Below are positions 61,352 to 64,000 of a DNA stretch of 64,000 nt, in pieces (position 1 is the first letter of the stretch; the number at the start of each line of letters is the position of its first letter). Origin of the DNA: Kondoa subrosea (lineage: Eukaryota); the NCBI GenBank assembly GCA_039545335.1, contig BCIN01000002.1:2386678-2450677 (forward strand), written 5' to 3'. Both the position numbers and the translations under genes were made by a program. Below the pieces are notes generated by a model. That model was not told the origin of the DNA and did not search any database. It saw nothing but the letters and a program-made list of their open reading frames with translations.

Positions 61352-62815
61352 TCAACGCATTACAGCTGGCACCCCGCCTCTCAGCTGTACGCGGCGTCCT
61401 TTGCCATTCGAAGAACTCTTGTAACACCCATCAACCGTTACGCGAGTGGAAAGTGCCTTCATATCGGCTAACAGAAGGTTGATGATCCACTGATGTGCCT
61501 TACCAAAAGTCCCATCGGAATACTCTGCCTTCTCTTCCATTGCAACTCGATGATCATAGCAGATGTCGAAAGCGAAAGTACGGAGCTTGGAGAAATTGCA
61601 GAGATTGAAGAGATAGCTGAAAGAATCCAATCGAATGATAGACCCTTGCTGGAGTAGAGTGATCGAGAAGACCTCGAGTTGCGGCCCAAGAGTCGAATGA
61701 TGGCTCAAAGTCTTCCGCAGATCTTGGCAAACCACTGCTGACACCGCTAATTCATTCCACTGCAAATGAAGCTCCTTACAAGAAGCTAAATTGTTGAAAA
61801 GCATGCTCAATGAATCACCTTGAAAGAGACCTCGCAGGATCAAGGTGGTAAGACGATTGAAGTGTTGGATATATAGCAATGGTCCGAGCCAGCCATCGGG
61901 AGCGAATTCGAAATCCAGAGTTTTGAAGGACGAATTGGAATGTTGTAAAAGCCTGATCAGTGCTGCTTCTTCCACTGGCGCGGTCCATTCGTTCAGGTAT
62001 ATATTATCATTGACGTGATAGGTCAACCGGGTAAGATTTGGTAGACTGGAAACCAAGTCGACTTCGCTCAAATGAATATTCTCGAGATAAAGTGATCTTA
62101 GTCCTAAGGTGTGGTGAATGAGATGGACAAACGGTTGCCAAATCTTTTGAGAAGTCGTCATATCCACAGCTGACTTTAATTCGAGATGTTGCAATACAGG
62201 CAGAAAGATAAAGCTGGCTAAGGATATACGAGAAGGTAGCACGAGCCAGTCTTCAATCTCGTACTCAACCTCGTGTTGATCGTCGTAGGCCGAATCAATA
62301 CCATTCCAAATAGCAATATGCAAAGATTTGAGCTTGGACAGGTGCCGTAAAATGGTGAGAGCCCGGTCATTCCTTGACTTGGCCACTATCCTGGCTTCTC
62401 TCAAGTCCTCGTAGACAACGCAAATTGTGCCGTTACCACATGAGGCCGGGTGTGTCATTTCGGTGCTGATAAGCCATTCGACCTTGCAGACCAATCGACC
62501 TGGTGTAAGCCTTGATCGCATTGCGCGAAGAAGCTTATCGCTGCGTAGATCTGTGAACGAGAGCGAGCGATAGATGTAAGGGAGAGCGATTTGATCTACA
62601 GGACTGGTGAGCCAAGACATCGAAAGAACATGATTCAGACACGAACAGAACACCTCTATGAGATAGGATGAGCGAAAGACTTCGAGATTCAAGGTGCAGA
62701 ATAGCTCACTCGAAGATAGGGCAATACTCAGCAAGTCCTGCTTGGATTCGATCTTTGCTCGCTCTTCTACTAGTCCAAAGACATTCGACAGCAGTTCCAC
62801 TGGTACCCCGGCCAT
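61352..62815 (-). CDS. F-box-like/LRR-like protein, copy 2 (intact)
   Basis: MAGVPVELLSNVFGLV..QDLLSIALSS..IALPYIYRSL is a fungal F-box-like N-terminus, followed by LxxLxL repeats (LKSLHI, LQHLEL, LRSLYL, LTRLTY, LTTLIL). Confidence 0.75.
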   Translation of the reverse strand: MAGVPVELLSNVFGLVEERAKIESKQDLLSIALSSSELFCTLNLEVFRSSYLIEVFCSCLNHVLSMSWLTSPVDQIALPYIYRSLSFTDLRSDKLLRAMRSRLTPGRLVCKVEWLISTEMTHPASCGNGTICVVYEDLREARIVAKSRNDRALTILRHLSKLKSLHIAIWNGIDSAYDDQHEVEYEIEDWLVLPSRISLASFIFLPVLQHLELKSAVDMTTSQKIWQPFVHLIHHTLGLRSLYLENIHLSEVDLVSSLPNLTRLTYHVNDNIYLNEWTAPVEEAALIRLLQHSNSSFKTLDFEFAPDGWLGPLLYIQHFNRLTTLILRGLFQGDSLSMLFNNLASCKELHLQWNELAVSAVVCQDLRKTLSHHSTLGPQLEVFSITLLQQGSIIRLDSFSYLFNLCNFSKLRTFAFDICYDHRVAMEEKAEYSDGTFGKAHQWIINLLLADMKALSTRVTVDGCYKSSSNGKGRRVQLRGGVPAVMR

Positions 62816-63087
62816 CCTCGTTTGCCTTCCTGTTTGGACTTGCACAAAACCCGAATTCCTGCTTGCAGAACACCGCTTGCCAATAGCCCTTAGACACACT
62901 AGCAATTCATTCTAAGCAAGGTATCTCGCAGGCCTGCAAAGAGCCTCCAAGTGACGCGAGCCCTGTGTCTATGACGGTTCGTGTCCAACCTTTCAGATCT
63001 CTTTTGCAAACGAAATTCGACAAGCTGAGGCTGAACCAAGTCTGCTATCTATCTAGCCTATACGTCCTCTACAGACCTGTTTGCGAG

Positions 63088-64000
63088 ATGCAGCTGCACC
63101 CCTATGTTGATTATCGCGCTGTCTGTGCATTCTCGTAAACAACGCGCTTTCTTTTGCTTATAAAGTATTCCAGCTACAAGGACACACTCCTGAAGATAAA
63201 GTACCAGATTACTCCTTCGCAGGCTATTGCGAATCTGCTGTTCCGTGTCAGCGTTCACAATTGCCTGGTCCTATTTGAGTACTGAATCATTGCAGTACCG
63301 ACTTTTCGCAGAGGAGATGAAGTGATAGAAGCGACGAACGATGAGAGAGATCGAACGCCAGGTGAATATGCATTTCCTCTGCCGCATTCAAGCTGAGCGG
63401 TTCAAATCATAGAAATCAATGCGGCTCTTGCTAGATTAGCGACAAAAGGAGGAGGCGTTCTGCAATTTTCTAGCGGCACTTTTCTTCTAGGATCGGACCC
63501 AATCAAGCTTGATTCGCCGAATTTACATTTGATGGGCGAAACTCGTCGACCAACCATCTTCAAAATCGCTGGAGTCGCGCGAAACATAGTTGAGGTTGGT
63601 AAAGCCGAACCAGGTGTACCGGTAATAGTAAGGCGAACAAAAGTGCTGGATACTTATGTTCCGGTCGGAGCGAAGAGTTTGATCGTTGAAGACCCTTGCG
63701 TCTTCGAGGGCAAAGAAGTGGTAATTGAGAGAACAGTGACGAGAAAGTGGATTCACGATATGGAAATGGATCACCTTGTACGGTATGTCAGAAGCCTCTT
63801 CGGTAGCAATGACGCTCGCTCATGCTTCTTTTATGCCAAAAGAGATGGCAAAGGCTTGACTTGGATAAAAGCGGGAAGTATCTTGAGCGTGATCCGAAGA
63901 GTGACGGCAATATCTACCACTAATAAGCGTATCTTGTCAGTCTCAATAAGCCTGCTTTGAATGTAACTTACGGGTTGATAACAGCTTCGACAATCCTTTG
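63088..64000 (+). CDS. Pectin-lyase-fold (right-handed beta-helix) protein; runs off the window end
   Basis: Spliced: DKVPDYSFAGY...DRTPEINAALARLATKGGGVLQFSSGTF..LHLMG..TIF...YVPVGAKSLIVED..WIHDMEMDHL..RRVTAI..FDNPL. The start codon is uncertain. Confidence 0.7.

Larger units (their letters stand above)
58675..62825. repeat. Tandem two-gene cassette unit 2 (P450 + F-box-like)
   Basis: Paralogous to 54165-58330. Confidence 0.85.

Noticed and set aside
63385..63415. GGTTCAAATC resembling a tRNA T-loop
   Set aside because: No cloverleaf stems, and it lies within an intron just before the acceptor.

Overview
Intron-rich, gene-dense eukaryotic DNA from a fungus, most likely a basidiomycete (short ~50-70 nt GT-AG introns, many micro-exons; narrower taxonomy is inference only). 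About 30 protein-coding loci can be reconstructed by hand. Most are conserved genes: SSH4-like, an I9 protease inhibitor, PRELI/UPS, YOP1, PSD1, PSP1-like, PNO1, YPT7, GET2-like, CMC2, UTP23, TRAX, a chitin synthase, HbrB/BIT61, PEX3, BDF1 and KRE6/SKN1. No tRNA, rRNA, CRISPR or recognisable transposon was seen. Four things stand out. (1) At 23.6-32.1 kb a ~2.3 kb CMC2(5')-UTP23-TRAX(3') segment occurs as two diverged direct copies flanking a ~3.9 kb foreign block (5' MCR1 fragment, an orphan gene, a decayed 3' oxalate decarboxylase fragment), with chimeric gene junctions at both ends. This is the layout expected from single-crossover integration of a circular DNA from a diverged homeolog; a haplotype-merging misassembly is not excluded. 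(2) A purine-cytosine permease (FCY2-like) and a cytosine deaminase (FCY1) sit head-to-head on a 180-bp GATAAG-containing spacer. (3) A cytochrome P450 + F-box-like two-gene cassette is tandemly duplicated, with a third P450 paralogue nearby. (4) An intron-containing gene for a bacterial-type pectin-lyase-fold protein starts at the right edge. All gene models are manual and exon boundaries are approximate.
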